From assembly GCA_034435375.1 (NCBI GenBank), contig DAOTXR010000048.1:272984-336983 (forward strand): a stretch of DNA of 64,000 bases, written 5' to 3'. The notes beneath the pieces were generated by a model. It saw nothing but the letters and a program-made list of their open reading frames with translations, had not been told where the DNA came from and ran no database searches. Positions within the stretch are counted from its first letter, which is position 1. The number at the start of each line of letters is the position of its first letter. Source of the DNA: Anaerolineae bacterium. Lineage in GTDB: Bacteria > Chloroflexota > Anaerolineae > Aggregatilineales > UBA3940. This document shows, in pieces, positions 8,687 to 18,049 of the stretch. Position numbers and translations under genes: made by a program.

Positions 8687-9856
8687 TTAACCGGAGGAAA
8701 GCTCAAGCGTGCTAGTCGTCAGGATTTTGAGCGGAAATAACAATCTGGTTGCATAGGCTACCCTATCCTCGTCGGGAAGCCCAGGGTTCAGCCTCAACAC
8801 GATCTTCAATGCAAGGTTAATCTGGGCTTGCTCGAGCCTGCGCTCCGGCGTATTCTGGTCAACTGGGCGGATCGTGCCGGTCACCAAAGCGGCTTTTGTC
8901 TCGACCTCCGAGGGTGGTTTGTCTTTCACGGTGGGGGGGTGAGCTGACTCTACAGCAGGTCTTTCAGCTTCTGATTTGGATGCCTCATCTGTCTTTGGCG
9001 TCTCGTCCTTAGCAGGAGGACTCCCCACCGCTTTCTCACTCTGGGCCTGGCTGGCAATCTGTGCAGCGTGTTCTCTGCGCCAGGGAATCACGAAATCCCG
9101 GACCATCTGGATAGCATCTCTGGCGCCGTCGAGACTGACACCGATAGGCGCATTGAGTTTGACGGCACTGATAGTGTTGATACCGATCTGCCGGTGCCCC
9201 TGCATTTTTATTTCCTCAATGATGTACTGCAGGTCGACAAGGGCCTGCAGGTAGGGAGTCACTGTGGTGGCAAGGTGGTACGGCGTGAGTATCTGTCGCT
9301 GGACGGATTGGCTACCCATCTCAACCAGAAACAGGATCTCTTCCTCGGAAGCGCTGCCGGAGTGAAAGTAGACGTATAGCTTGAACTGCCCCAACCGAAT
9401 CTGATCCCCACTGCGCAGAGGATAGGATTTGCCGGGGACCAGCCGGGCCTCATTGACCCACGTTCCATTGGTGCTGTTTAGATCCTGGATAGAGCAGGCA
9501 TCGCCTGTAAAGTTGAGTCGTGCGTGCTGCCGGGACACACCCATGTCCCCCACATCATACTTGGCCAGATCCAGGACGTTTTCAGGGGATCCGACCACTT
9601 TACGACCCAGGATCACCTCCTGACTACCTTGGATGATAACCGGATCATCGACACCCGAAATGAACAGCGCCAGGACGCTGGCAGGAAGCCCAGCCACCCG
9701 GTCCAGATGTTTGGGGGGTTCTGTGATATCCGGCTGAGGAGAGGTGACGGGCCGGGTAGTGTCGGGGATAGTGCTGAAGGGCTTGCCGCAATATGCACAA
9801 TGGGTTGCATCAACCTTGTTCTTGCGATGACAATATGAGCAGAACTTGCCACTCAT
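8687..9856 (-). CDS. Zinc-ribbon + FHA domain protein with ~200-aa uncharacterised C-terminal region
   Basis: N-terminal CSYCHRKNKVDATHCAYCGKPF (CxxC..CxxC). FHA core VILGRK...DMGVSRQHARLNFTGDACSIQDLNSTNGTWVNEARL..GDQIRLGQFKLYVYF. Confidence 0.88.
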   Translation of the reverse strand: MSGKFCSYCHRKNKVDATHCAYCGKPFSTIPDTTRPVTSPQPDITEPPKHLDRVAGLPASVLALFISGVDDPVIIQGSQEVILGRKVVGSPENVLDLAKYDVGDMGVSRQHARLNFTGDACSIQDLNSTNGTWVNEARLVPGKSYPLRSGDQIRLGQFKLYVYFHSGSASEEEILFLVEMGSQSVQRQILTPYHLATTVTPYLQALVDLQYIIEEIKMQGHRQIGINTISAVKLNAPIGVSLDGARDAIQMVRDFVIPWRREHAAQIASQAQSEKAVGSPPAKDETPKTDEASKSEAERPAVESAHPPTVKDKPPSEVETKAALVTGTIRPVDQNTPERRLEQAQINLALKIVLRLNPGLPDEDRVAYATRLLFPLKILTTSTLELSSG

Positions 9857-10092
9857 GGTAGAACCTTTCTAAATGGCCCCAAACGTCAAAGAGACTCATC
9901 CCCTACCACCCTTAGCCCGCACCCCATTCCACCTGATCGGGCGGTCGGTACAGGATCATAGCAAATTTGATGCCAGAGAGCACATCTGCTCCAGCTCCAA
10001 TATAATGGGCAGCCGGAAGCAACTGCTATCTGCAGCGGATCTTACTCGTTTGCAATCTCAGAGAAGCCATTAACCAGCAAGCGGGGATGGAT

Positions 10093-13000
10093 TCAGATTT
10101 GACTGTGAAGGGCGGCCTTCTTTCTGGCTTCTCGCTCCTCATGCCGGTACCATGTCAACAGCACAGCAAACCACAGGATCAACATCAGGAAGGCAATTCC
10201 TACAATGCACTGCAAAGCTGGCAGGCAGAACTCCGTGTTGCCCAGGCTGACACATACCAGACTCGTCCGCCTCCAGCTCGCTGGCCCTGGCGCGCCGCCA
10301 GAGGGAGACGACTCCGGTCCAGACTCGGCTGAGGCTGGGGCTGTACCTCCTCCGGCGCCCTCCATGCCGACTTCCGGTCCCTTAGGCGAGTTCTTACCAA
10401 ACGACGACAACCCACCACTCTCCCCCGGCGCGAGAGCGAGGTCACCACAGGATGTCACTGGCGCAATGCCATCGGCGCTCAGTGTAGCGCAGGCAGTAAT
10501 TTTGCCGCCTGGCGCAGCATCAGTGGCAAGAATCTGAAAGCTCACCGTTACCACTTCATTGGGGGCCAGTGTATCCAGATGCACCTGGGCCTGATTAGGG
10601 GAGAGCGTCACCAGGCCACGCGGAAGCGTGCCACCGACAATCACGCCCGGTTCAGAGATCGTAACCTCAAACGTCACGTTGGTGAGGGTGTCGTCGCTGG
10701 TGTTGCTCAGGGTGGTTGTCAGGTTGGTAACTCCGCCCTCCGTGGTCTGCTGAACATCCGGAAGCACCTCTACGGCCAGAGGGCTATCCGAAGGTGTGGT
10801 ATCTCCGCTTTCTCCTTCCTCACCGCCCGCCTCCGCTTCGCTGGAGTCTGAAGGTGAGGTGTCCGGAGCGGTGGATGCTGGCGGGGTAGCCCCGGATGAT
10901 GGCGGAGTCCGGGTAGGTTCGCTGGCGGCCCTGACAGACACACTCACCAGGGCAGTGTCGCACAGGTTCGTGGCATCGCATACCTTATAAGTGAAACTAT
11001 CGCTGCCGCTGAAACCACGGTTGGGTGTATAGATGACTGCCCCCACTCCATCGACTGTTGTGCTTCCGTTGCCCGCAGGGATGGTCATCGTGACCGTGCC
11101 AGGGGCAAGATTGCCGTCCACGTCACTGTCATTGGCAACCACATTGATGGTGGTAGGCACACCTGGAGGTGCGGTGGCCGTGTCATCTTTAGCTGTCGGC
11201 GGATCATCGACTGGCGTGACCGTCACTGATACAGTAGCTGAGGTACACAGGCCGCCTGTGTCGCACACCCGATAGGTGAAGCGGTCGGTACCATTAAAGT
11301 TGCGGTCGGGTGTGTAAGTGATAGCTCCCGTGGATGTGTTGACCGACGTTCTGCCTTTTGCCGCTGTTGCTGTCACCGTCACTGTGCTAGGTGAGAGGTT
11401 ATTCTCAGCATCGGCGTCGTTAGACAGCACATTGATGGTCACACTTTTGTCTTCAGTGGTCGTCGCGGTGTCGCTGCTGGCGGACGGAGCCGTGTTGGCA
11501 GCAGCTGCATTGATGGTGATACTCACCGTGGCCGTAGCGCATGCCCCGGATGCATCACACACGCGGTAGGTGAAGGTATCAGCACCCACATACCCAACGC
11601 TGGGCGTATAGGTCACAGCGCCAGTTGTGGTGTTGACTGAGGTGGTGCCGTGTGCCGGCGCTCCGGTCACCGTCACTGAGCTAGCAAGCAGATTGCCATC
11701 TATGTCCGTATCGTTGGCCAGCACGTTGATCGTGACCGCCGTACCCTCGGTCGTCGTGGTCGAGTCGGTGGTCGCCACCGGCGGGTCGTTGACTGCGTTG
11801 ACCGTGACTCCGACCTGGGCCGTGGCGCAGTGGGCATCAGTATCACACACTCGATAGGTGAAGGAGTTACTGCCGAAGAAGTTAGCTCTGGGCGTGTACG
11901 TGATCGCACCAGTGGTCGAGTTGACTGTGGTCGTGCCGTTGGCGGGTGGAACGGTCACTGAGACAGTCCCACCGGGCATGATGGGGCCATCCGGGTCACT
12001 GTCATTGGCCAGCACGTTGATGACAACCGCTGTGTCTTCATTGGTCGTGGCCGTGTCATTGACAGCCACCGGTCCGCCGTCATCCACAGAGAGCACCGTC
12101 ACGCTGACTGTAGCGGTGTCGCATAGCCCCAGCATATCGCATAGCCTGTAGGTGAAACTGTCGCTGCCGTAAAAGCCAGCAGCAGGCGTATAGGTGATCG
12201 CGCCCGTAGCAGGGACTATGGAGGCCGAACCATGGGCTGGTGTAGTCGCCAGGGACACCCAACTGGGCTGCGGCGGCCTTTCAGCATTGCTGTCATTGGC
12301 CAGCACGTTGATGGTCACAGGCGTGTCTTCATTGGTCGTGGCCGTGTCATCGTTGGCGACAGGCGGGTCGTTGACGGAGGTCACTGTCACCGAGACATTA
12401 GCCGTGTCGCAGGCGCCCGCTGCATCACACACCTGGTAAGTGAAAGCATCCTGAGGGGGACTGTTGAAGTTCAGGTTGGGCAGGTAGGTGATCGCTCCTG
12501 TCGTCGCATTGATGCCAGTGATTGTCCCATGCGATGGCCCACTTGTCACCGTGACGGCACCGCCTGGCATGAGAGGGCCATCTGGGTCGCTATCGTTGGA
12601 CAGCACATTGATGACGACAGCCGTGTCCTCATTCGTGGTAGCTGAGTCGTTTGCGGCTATCGGAGGGTCGTTCACGGCAACTACTGTAATGCTGACGGTA
12701 GCCATGCCGCACAGGCCGCCTGCGTCGCACACCCGATAGGTGAAGCTGTCCGACCCGTTGTAGTTACCATTGGGAGTGTAGGTCACAGCTCCTGTCGCCG
12801 GGTTAACCCCCGTGCTGCCATTGGCAGGGCCACTCATCACTGTGACAGTGCCGCCTGGCATGATGGGACCTTCTACATCGCTGTCATTGGCCAGCACAGC
12901 GATCACGACAGCGCTGTCCTCGTTGGTCGTGGCCGTGTCATTGTTAGCTGTGGGCGGATCGTTGACAGCATTGACGTTCACGCTGACCGTGGCCGTATCA

Positions 13001-14922
13001 CATGCACCGGCGCTGTCGCACGCTTCGTAAACAAAGGTATCACTGCCGTTAAAGTTCAAGACTGGCGTATAGGTGATGGCGCCTGTGCTTGGGTTAACCG
13101 ATGTACTGCCGTGTGCAGGTCCGCTGATCACTCTGACTGTGCTGGCCAGCGGCCCACCATCTTCTACGTCGGAGTCGTTGCCCAGCACGTTGATAACAAC
13201 AGCTGTGTCCTCGTTAGTCGTGGCTGTGTCGTCGTTGACAAGCGGGGGGTTGTTTAGAATAAGTGTGACATTGACAGCCACACTGGCTGTAGCGCACAGC
13301 AAAGTCGCATCACACACCTGGTACGTAAAGGCATCTGGGCCGGTGTAGCCAGGACTTGGTGTATAGGTGATGGCCCCAGTGGTTGGATTCACCGAGGTGC
13401 TACCACTCGTCGGACCACTGGTCACCGCGACAGTGCCCCCCGGCATGAGAGGGCCATCCGGGTCGCTGTCGTTCGCCAGCACGTTGATCACAACTGGCGT
13501 GTCGATGGTCGTGGATGCGGAGTCATTAATAGCTACCGGAGCATCATCCACTGCGACGACTGTCACACTCACTGCGGCTTCGCTGGAGCAGGCTCCTCCC
13601 GAATCGCACGCCTGATAGGTGAAGCTGTCCGCGCCGTTGAAATTGGACGCAGGCGTGTAGGTCACCTGGCCTGTGGTGCCGTTGACCGATGTGCTCCCGT
13701 GGGCTGGGCTGCTCATCACCGCGACAGTGCCACCTGGCATGATGGGACCTTCCGGGTCGCTGTCGTTCGCCAGCACGTCGATAGCTACAGCAGTGTCCTC
13801 GCTTGTGGTGGCCGAGTCATCCCCTGCCAGCGGCGGATCGTTCACTGCCGTGACTGACACAGTCACGCTGGCGTTTGAACATGCACCACCTCCGTCACAC
13901 ACCTGGTAGTCGAAGGTGTCTCCACCGTAGAAGTTAGCAGCTGGGGTGTAGGTGACGGCCCCCGTGGTTGGATTGACCGTCGTGCCTCCATTGGCCGGAC
14001 CGCTGATGACAGCCACCGAACCGGGTATAAGCGTCCCTTCCACATCGCTGTCGTTCGCCAGCACGTTGACTACGACGGCAATATCTTCATTCGTGGTAGC
14101 CGAGTCATTGGCAGCCAGAGGCGGATCGTTCACTGCGTTGATGGTCACGCTGACCGTGGCTGTGTCGCACAGGCCACCTAGATCGCACACCTGGTAGACA
14201 AAACTATCGGAACCATAGATGTTGAGGTTAGGCGTGTAGGTGACGGCCCCTGTTGCCGGGTTCACGGATGTGGTGCCATTCGCAGGTGCACTTGTCACCT
14301 GGGTTGTGCTCGGATCGAGGTTGGGTAGCCCGTCAGGGTCGGTGTCGTTGGCCAGGACATCGATGATGGCTGCCACATCCTCGTCAGTCGTGGCTGTGTC
14401 GTCGTTGGCCGCTGGTGGACTGTTGCCGGGATCGAAGGTGATGCTGCACGTCCCCTGGTCGGTGGTGAAGCCAATGGAAAAGGGTCCATTAACGCTGCTG
14501 ATCCCAGTAGTAAAGGTAAGCACCAGGGTCGTATTGGTTGAGCCGCCGATGGACGTATCTGTGATGTTCGCAGTGATAGGGCCTGGGCCTGCAATGCCGC
14601 CAGGTTGGTTCCAAACTGTGTTTCCAGACGGGAGGCTAACAGTCTCCAGTTTTGTGGAGTTCCCCCAAGAGATCTGAAGCTCTTGGACTACGACCAGCGA
14701 TGGATCGTTGTTCCTGATGTATATAGTGATGCTCTTGTTGGTTGGCTCTCCAAGCGCGTTGCCCCTGTAGACCATCGAGCAGCTCGACGCCTGGGCAACA
14801 ATGGAAAACATGCCACCTAGTATACCGGCAAGCACCATGATCAGCGGCAGTGCAATACCGATATGCCAGGGGCGCTTAATAATACTTGTCACGAAGCCTC
14901 GCTTATGCACGGCCTCTGACAA
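10093..14922 (-). CDS. 1609-aa cell-surface protein with 12 cadherin-like 'tandem-95' repeats, a DUF11/CARDB-like module and a C-terminal TM anchor
   Basis: N-terminal signal/anchor IALPLIMVLAGILGGMFSIVAQA. 12 repeats of the form NDPPxAxxDxATTxEDTAVxINVLxNDSDxxG ... YTP..G.DSFTY.VCD..G.C..A. Ser/Pro/Thr/Glu-rich linker, then TNLTTTLSNTSDDTLTNVTFEVTISEPG. C-terminus CIVGIAFLMLILWFAVLLTWY followed by RHEEREARKK. TTG start 8 nt after AGGGAG. Confidence 0.93.
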   Translation of the reverse strand: MSEAVHKRGFVTSIIKRPWHIGIALPLIMVLAGILGGMFSIVAQASSCSMVYRGNALGEPTNKSITIYIRNNDPSLVVVQELQISWGNSTKLETVSLPSGNTVWNQPGGIAGPGPITANITDTSIGGSTNTTLVLTFTTGISSVNGPFSIGFTTDQGTCSITFDPGNSPPAANDDTATTDEDVAAIIDVLANDTDPDGLPNLDPSTTQVTSAPANGTTSVNPATGAVTYTPNLNIYGSDSFVYQVCDLGGLCDTATVSVTINAVNDPPLAANDSATTNEDIAVVVNVLANDSDVEGTLIPGSVAVISGPANGGTTVNPTTGAVTYTPAANFYGGDTFDYQVCDGGGACSNASVTVSVTAVNDPPLAGDDSATTSEDTAVAIDVLANDSDPEGPIMPGGTVAVMSSPAHGSTSVNGTTGQVTYTPASNFNGADSFTYQACDSGGACSSEAAVSVTVVAVDDAPVAINDSASTTIDTPVVINVLANDSDPDGPLMPGGTVAVTSGPTSGSTSVNPTTGAITYTPSPGYTGPDAFTYQVCDATLLCATASVAVNVTLILNNPPLVNDDTATTNEDTAVVINVLGNDSDVEDGGPLASTVRVISGPAHGSTSVNPSTGAITYTPVLNFNGSDTFVYEACDSAGACDTATVSVNVNAVNDPPTANNDTATTNEDSAVVIAVLANDSDVEGPIMPGGTVTVMSGPANGSTGVNPATGAVTYTPNGNYNGSDSFTYRVCDAGGLCGMATVSITVVAVNDPPIAANDSATTNEDTAVVINVLSNDSDPDGPLMPGGAVTVTSGPSHGTITGINATTGAITYLPNLNFNSPPQDAFTYQVCDAAGACDTANVSVTVTSVNDPPVANDDTATTNEDTPVTINVLANDSNAERPPQPSWVSLATTPAHGSASIVPATGAITYTPAAGFYGSDSFTYRLCDMLGLCDTATVSVTVLSVDDGGPVAVNDTATTNEDTAVVINVLANDSDPDGPIMPGGTVSVTVPPANGTTTVNSTTGAITYTPRANFFGSNSFTYRVCDTDAHCATAQVGVTVNAVNDPPVATTDSTTTTEGTAVTINVLANDTDIDGNLLASSVTVTGAPAHGTTSVNTTTGAVTYTPSVGYVGADTFTYRVCDASGACATATVSITINAAAANTAPSASSDTATTTEDKSVTINVLSNDADAENNLSPSTVTVTATAAKGRTSVNTSTGAITYTPDRNFNGTDRFTYRVCDTGGLCTSATVSVTVTPVDDPPTAKDDTATAPPGVPTTINVVANDSDVDGNLAPGTVTMTIPAGNGSTTVDGVGAVIYTPNRGFSGSDSFTYKVCDATNLCDTALVSVSVRAASEPTRTPPSSGATPPASTAPDTSPSDSSEAEAGGEEGESGDTTPSDSPLAVEVLPDVQQTTEGGVTNLTTTLSNTSDDTLTNVTFEVTISEPGVIVGGTLPRGLVTLSPNQAQVHLDTLAPNEVVTVSFQILATDAAPGGKITACATLSADGIAPVTSCGDLALAPGESGGLSSFGKNSPKGPEVGMEGAGGGTAPASAESGPESSPSGGAPGPASWRRTSLVCVSLGNTEFCLPALQCIVGIAFLMLILWFAVLLTWYRHEEREARKKAALHSQI
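10935..14421. repeat. 12 diverged tandem coding repeats of ~291-300 bp (tandem-95 type)
   Basis: The protein-level periodicity is described above. The regular series of ~81-aa antisense ORFs in the track (11033, 11318, 11627 ... 14240) mirrors the period. Confidence 0.85.
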
Positions 14923-14927
14923 TCACA

Positions 14928-16184
14928 TCACTCCCTACTTAACTGCAGGGTCGTCACATTGCCAACACTATCTGTTGCTTTAATTATAATCACATTTGAT
15001 TCAACCGCGAACTCAATTTCAAAGTAGCCGCTGGCATCCACCGTCACTGTCTGGCCATCCACCGTGACAATGGTACCGGGTTCCGTTTGTCCGCTGATCT
15101 TGACTGTGGACCCGACAGGTGGGAGCGCGGCAGGGCTAAGCAGCGCCAGAGGCGGCGGTGTGATGTCGCCACTCTGCGGCTGGACGTTGAGAGGCTGCCC
15201 AACAGCTGCCGTAACCTCTTCACCCTGGCGCACGTCCACCATCTGTTCGCCCAACTGGACGGCCACAATGCCCTCGTCGACGGCTACATAGGTGGCGTCG
15301 TCGCTAAGCACGCCCACCAGGAATGCAGTGCCCCGCACCGAAGCCGTTGAAGACGGCGTGCTGATCTGGAATGTCTCGTCAGCGCCTAGCAGTCGCCGCA
15401 CCCGGCTATACACGCTCCCTGCCAGCAGTCTCAACTGTACTTGGCTGGAGCCGGCGCCCGACGTCCGGAGCGTTGCCAGATCAACCGTGGCCCCTTCGTA
15501 CAGCTCCACGGTGCTGCCATCTGCCATGCGCAGCTGCGCTGTCGAACCAGGGCCAAGCACGATCGCATCGCTCTCCCGGATCGTGATCGCGCCACCTGCC
15601 GGGATCACCGTCTGAGTGCGAGTAGAGAACAACACCAGTATCGGTCTGGCCTGGGTGATGGTCGCCTGGCCTGCCGAGACCACTAACGTAGCATCGGCGC
15701 GAGTGGCTGGCTGGGCGAGAAAAGCGACCGCAGCGACAAAGATCACAGCGAGTAGAGCAATCCCCACTGCTAATATCCGACGATTCAACATGATCCCCTC
15801 CCATATACCTGGTTTTCTGACTATTCCGGACCCGTGGACGCTTGAAGCTCGTCCCAGACTGGAGACTTCCACTCTCTCAGCCTGATGCACGAACCGGGCG
15901 AGCGTCTCTCTGTCGACGCCAACGTAAGCCGCAATCTGCGCCACGTCTCTGGTGTAACGCAACCCATGCGTTGGGCGCCGACACAGCGCCAGCTTGGCAA
16001 GCTGCACAACATCGATGTGCAGCATTGTCGCAATCTGCTCCCAACTCAGATTTTCGGCCCTCCGATATCCTCCAATGAGTGAAGCCAGAAGCCGTCTATT
16101 TTGCTCGGCTCGTTGGGCCATTGTGATCAACAACTCATCTCCCATTTTGTATGCTGCCCTTCCCGACAGGCTGCTTTGCCCCAT
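14928..16184 (-). CDS. Membrane-tethered regulator: N-terminal HTH-like segment, one TM helix, extracytoplasmic FecR domain, C-terminal Ig-like domain
   Basis: HTH-like LSWEQIATMLHIDVVQLAKLALCRRP. TM ILAVGIALLAVIFVAAVAFLA. FecR-like GSTAQLRMADGSTVELYEGATVDL...FQISTPSSTASVRGTAFLV. Ig-like tail VKISGQTEPGTIVTVDGQTVTVDASGYFEIEF. The stop lies 5 nt before the adhesin start. An alternative start is ATG 16145. Confidence 0.8.
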   Translation of the reverse strand: MGQSSLSGRAAYKMGDELLITMAQRAEQNRRLLASLIGGYRRAENLSWEQIATMLHIDVVQLAKLALCRRPTHGLRYTRDVAQIAAYVGVDRETLARFVHQAERVEVSSLGRASSVHGSGIVRKPGIWEGIMLNRRILAVGIALLAVIFVAAVAFLAQPATRADATLVVSAGQATITQARPILVLFSTRTQTVIPAGGAITIRESDAIVLGPGSTAQLRMADGSTVELYEGATVDLATLRTSGAGSSQVQLRLLAGSVYSRVRRLLGADETFQISTPSSTASVRGTAFLVGVLSDDATYVAVDEGIVAVQLGEQMVDVRQGEEVTAAVGQPLNVQPQSGDITPPPLALLSPAALPPVGSTVKISGQTEPGTIVTVDGQTVTVDASGYFEIEFAVESNVIIIKATDSVGNVTTLQLSRE

Positions 16185-16457
16185 TGGTGAGATGTCTCTA
16201 GCACCTCTAACCTCGACGTGCTATCTTGCGCGCCAACTGTACTGAGATGACTTTATTCCGGTTAGAACCTGCTCCTCTAAATCAGATAGTGGGTTGAATA
16301 CAGCCGCTCATCCAGCTTGATGGCCTCTTGCATAGAGTTCCAGACCCACTGCCGAAGTTCGACAGCGAACCCAAGCTCCTGCGCCGGGTTGCTGGTAGAA
16401 TAGAACCTCATGGGAGAAACAGCCTAACATCACATGCGCGCAGGCAGGGGGATGAGC

Positions 16458-17093
16458 ATGACACGCCTCTATGACATCAGCCGAACGATCTCGCCGACAC
16501 TGTCTGTGTGGCCGGGCGACACTCCCTTCTCGTTCAAGCAATTGCTTAGCCTGGAGCAGGGAGACTCCGTCAATCTGACCACGCTTACACTCAGCGCGCA
16601 CACCGGCAGCCATGCCGATGCTCCCTGGCACTGCGATGCAGAGGGGGCGCACCCAGCAGATGTGCCTCTCGAAAAATACCTTGGATTGGCTCACGTGATC
16701 TCAATTGCACGGAGGCACGGTGGCATCGTCCCGGCGGATTTTCAGGGGCGTGACCTCCTGGGTGTGCAGCGATTGCTGATCCACACCTGGGTGAGTGACC
16801 TAGCCGACGACGCCTGGCCTGAGGATTTTCCCTATCCTACTATCGATCTGATCGACTGGCTTGCGGCGCAGGGCATAGTGCTGTTGGGGACAGATACACC
16901 TTCCATGGATAGCTTCGATAGTGTTGAACTCGCCTGCCATCACAGGCTGAACCTACACGGCATTGCCAGCCTGGAGTCGTTGCGCCTGTGTGGTGTCCCT
17001 GACGGCATATATGAGCTGATCGCGCTGCCACTCAAAATCGCTGGCGTGTGCGGCAGCCCAGTGAGGGCAGTGCTGAGATCTTTCGCCTCGTGA
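16458..17093 (+). CDS. kynB: Cyclase-family arylformamidase (kynurenine formamidase-like)
   Basis: WPGDTPF and HTGSHADAPWH (HxGxHxDxPxH-type) motifs. The track start is 16434, but ATG 16458 lies 7 nt after AGGGGG. Confidence 0.75.
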   Translation: MTRLYDISRTISPTLSVWPGDTPFSFKQLLSLEQGDSVNLTTLTLSAHTGSHADAPWHCDAEGAHPADVPLEKYLGLAHVISIARRHGGIVPADFQGRDLLGVQRLLIHTWVSDLADDAWPEDFPYPTIDLIDWLAAQGIVLLGTDTPSMDSFDSVELACHHRLNLHGIASLESLRLCGVPDGIYELIALPLKIAGVCGSPVRAVLRSFAS

Positions 17094-17138
17094 GGAGGAG
17101 CAGCAACGCCCCAATAGAGCGCAGCGTGCAGTCCTGTT

Positions 17139-17882
17139 TCAGTCACCCGACTGAGCCTCGCCCTCTTCTTCGACAAAACGCAACACGCGAAACACTTCGG
17201 CGTAAGCGCAGCCATGTGCTCTGCCTCTCTCGGCAGCCCACTCGCGAACCCATTCGCCCGCTTCCGGCCCCACCTGTGACCGGTGACACAGCAACGCCTC
17301 GATCTTACGATCGATAGTCCCGGAGATGTCCACGAAGGTGGTCGGGTGAAGGGTGAGCGTCAGGTAAAGCTCTTTCACATCGTGCGGCTCGTACCCCTCC
17401 TCAATCAACTCGGGGAAAATAGGGCGCGTGCCCGCGCTGGGGAACACGGCGTAGAGTGCTGCCTCACCTGCCGCACGATGGTCAGGATGGTTGATGTACC
17501 CTTCGTTCACCAGGACCGTGGTTGGATCCTGGCAGACAACACGATCGGGGCGCACCTCACGGATCAGGCGCGTCAGGTCACGCCGCAGGGCCAGGGTAGG
17601 CTCCAATATGCCGTCGGGATAGCCCAGGAACCGGACATCTCTCACCCCCACGATCTCAGCTGCTGCACACTGTTCAGCCTGACGTTGTCTGGCAAGGGCC
17701 TTGAGATCGACTCCTGGCTCATTGCTGCCTGCTGCCCCGTCGGTGACGATGCCATACGTCACCTGCGCACCTTCGGCTACCCAGCATGCCACACTCCCTG
17801 CACAGCCAAACTCGATGTCGTCGGGATGGGCGACAATGACCAAGATGCGTTTGGAAGCCTTTTCAGGGGGTTTCTGATCCAT
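17139..17882 (-). CDS. PIG-L/LmbE-family N-acetylglucosaminyl deacetylase
   Basis: ILVIVAHPDDIEFGCAGSVA and INHPDH motifs. The track start is 17924. ATG 17882 has a GGAGA Shine-Dalgarno and the longer form has none. Confidence 0.8.
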   Translation of the reverse strand: MDQKPPEKASKRILVIVAHPDDIEFGCAGSVACWVAEGAQVTYGIVTDGAAGSNEPGVDLKALARQRQAEQCAAAEIVGVRDVRFLGYPDGILEPTLALRRDLTRLIREVRPDRVVCQDPTTVLVNEGYINHPDHRAAGEAALYAVFPSAGTRPIFPELIEEGYEPHDVKELYLTLTLHPTTFVDISGTIDRKIEALLCHRSQVGPEAGEWVREWAAERGRAHGCAYAEVFRVLRFVEEEGEAQSGD

Positions 17883-18049
17883 GTCAGGTTGTCTCCAGAG
17901 TCGGTAATCGAAGTGCCTGTTCATAACAGGGTGTGTATTGTGGCAGTGATTGTATCATCTGAGGTGGTGTCGTTCACCTGGCGCGTAGGCAGCAAAGGTG
18001 GCATGATCAACCTACTAGCTAAGCGCCTACCCCAGAAAGTCGGGCAGAT

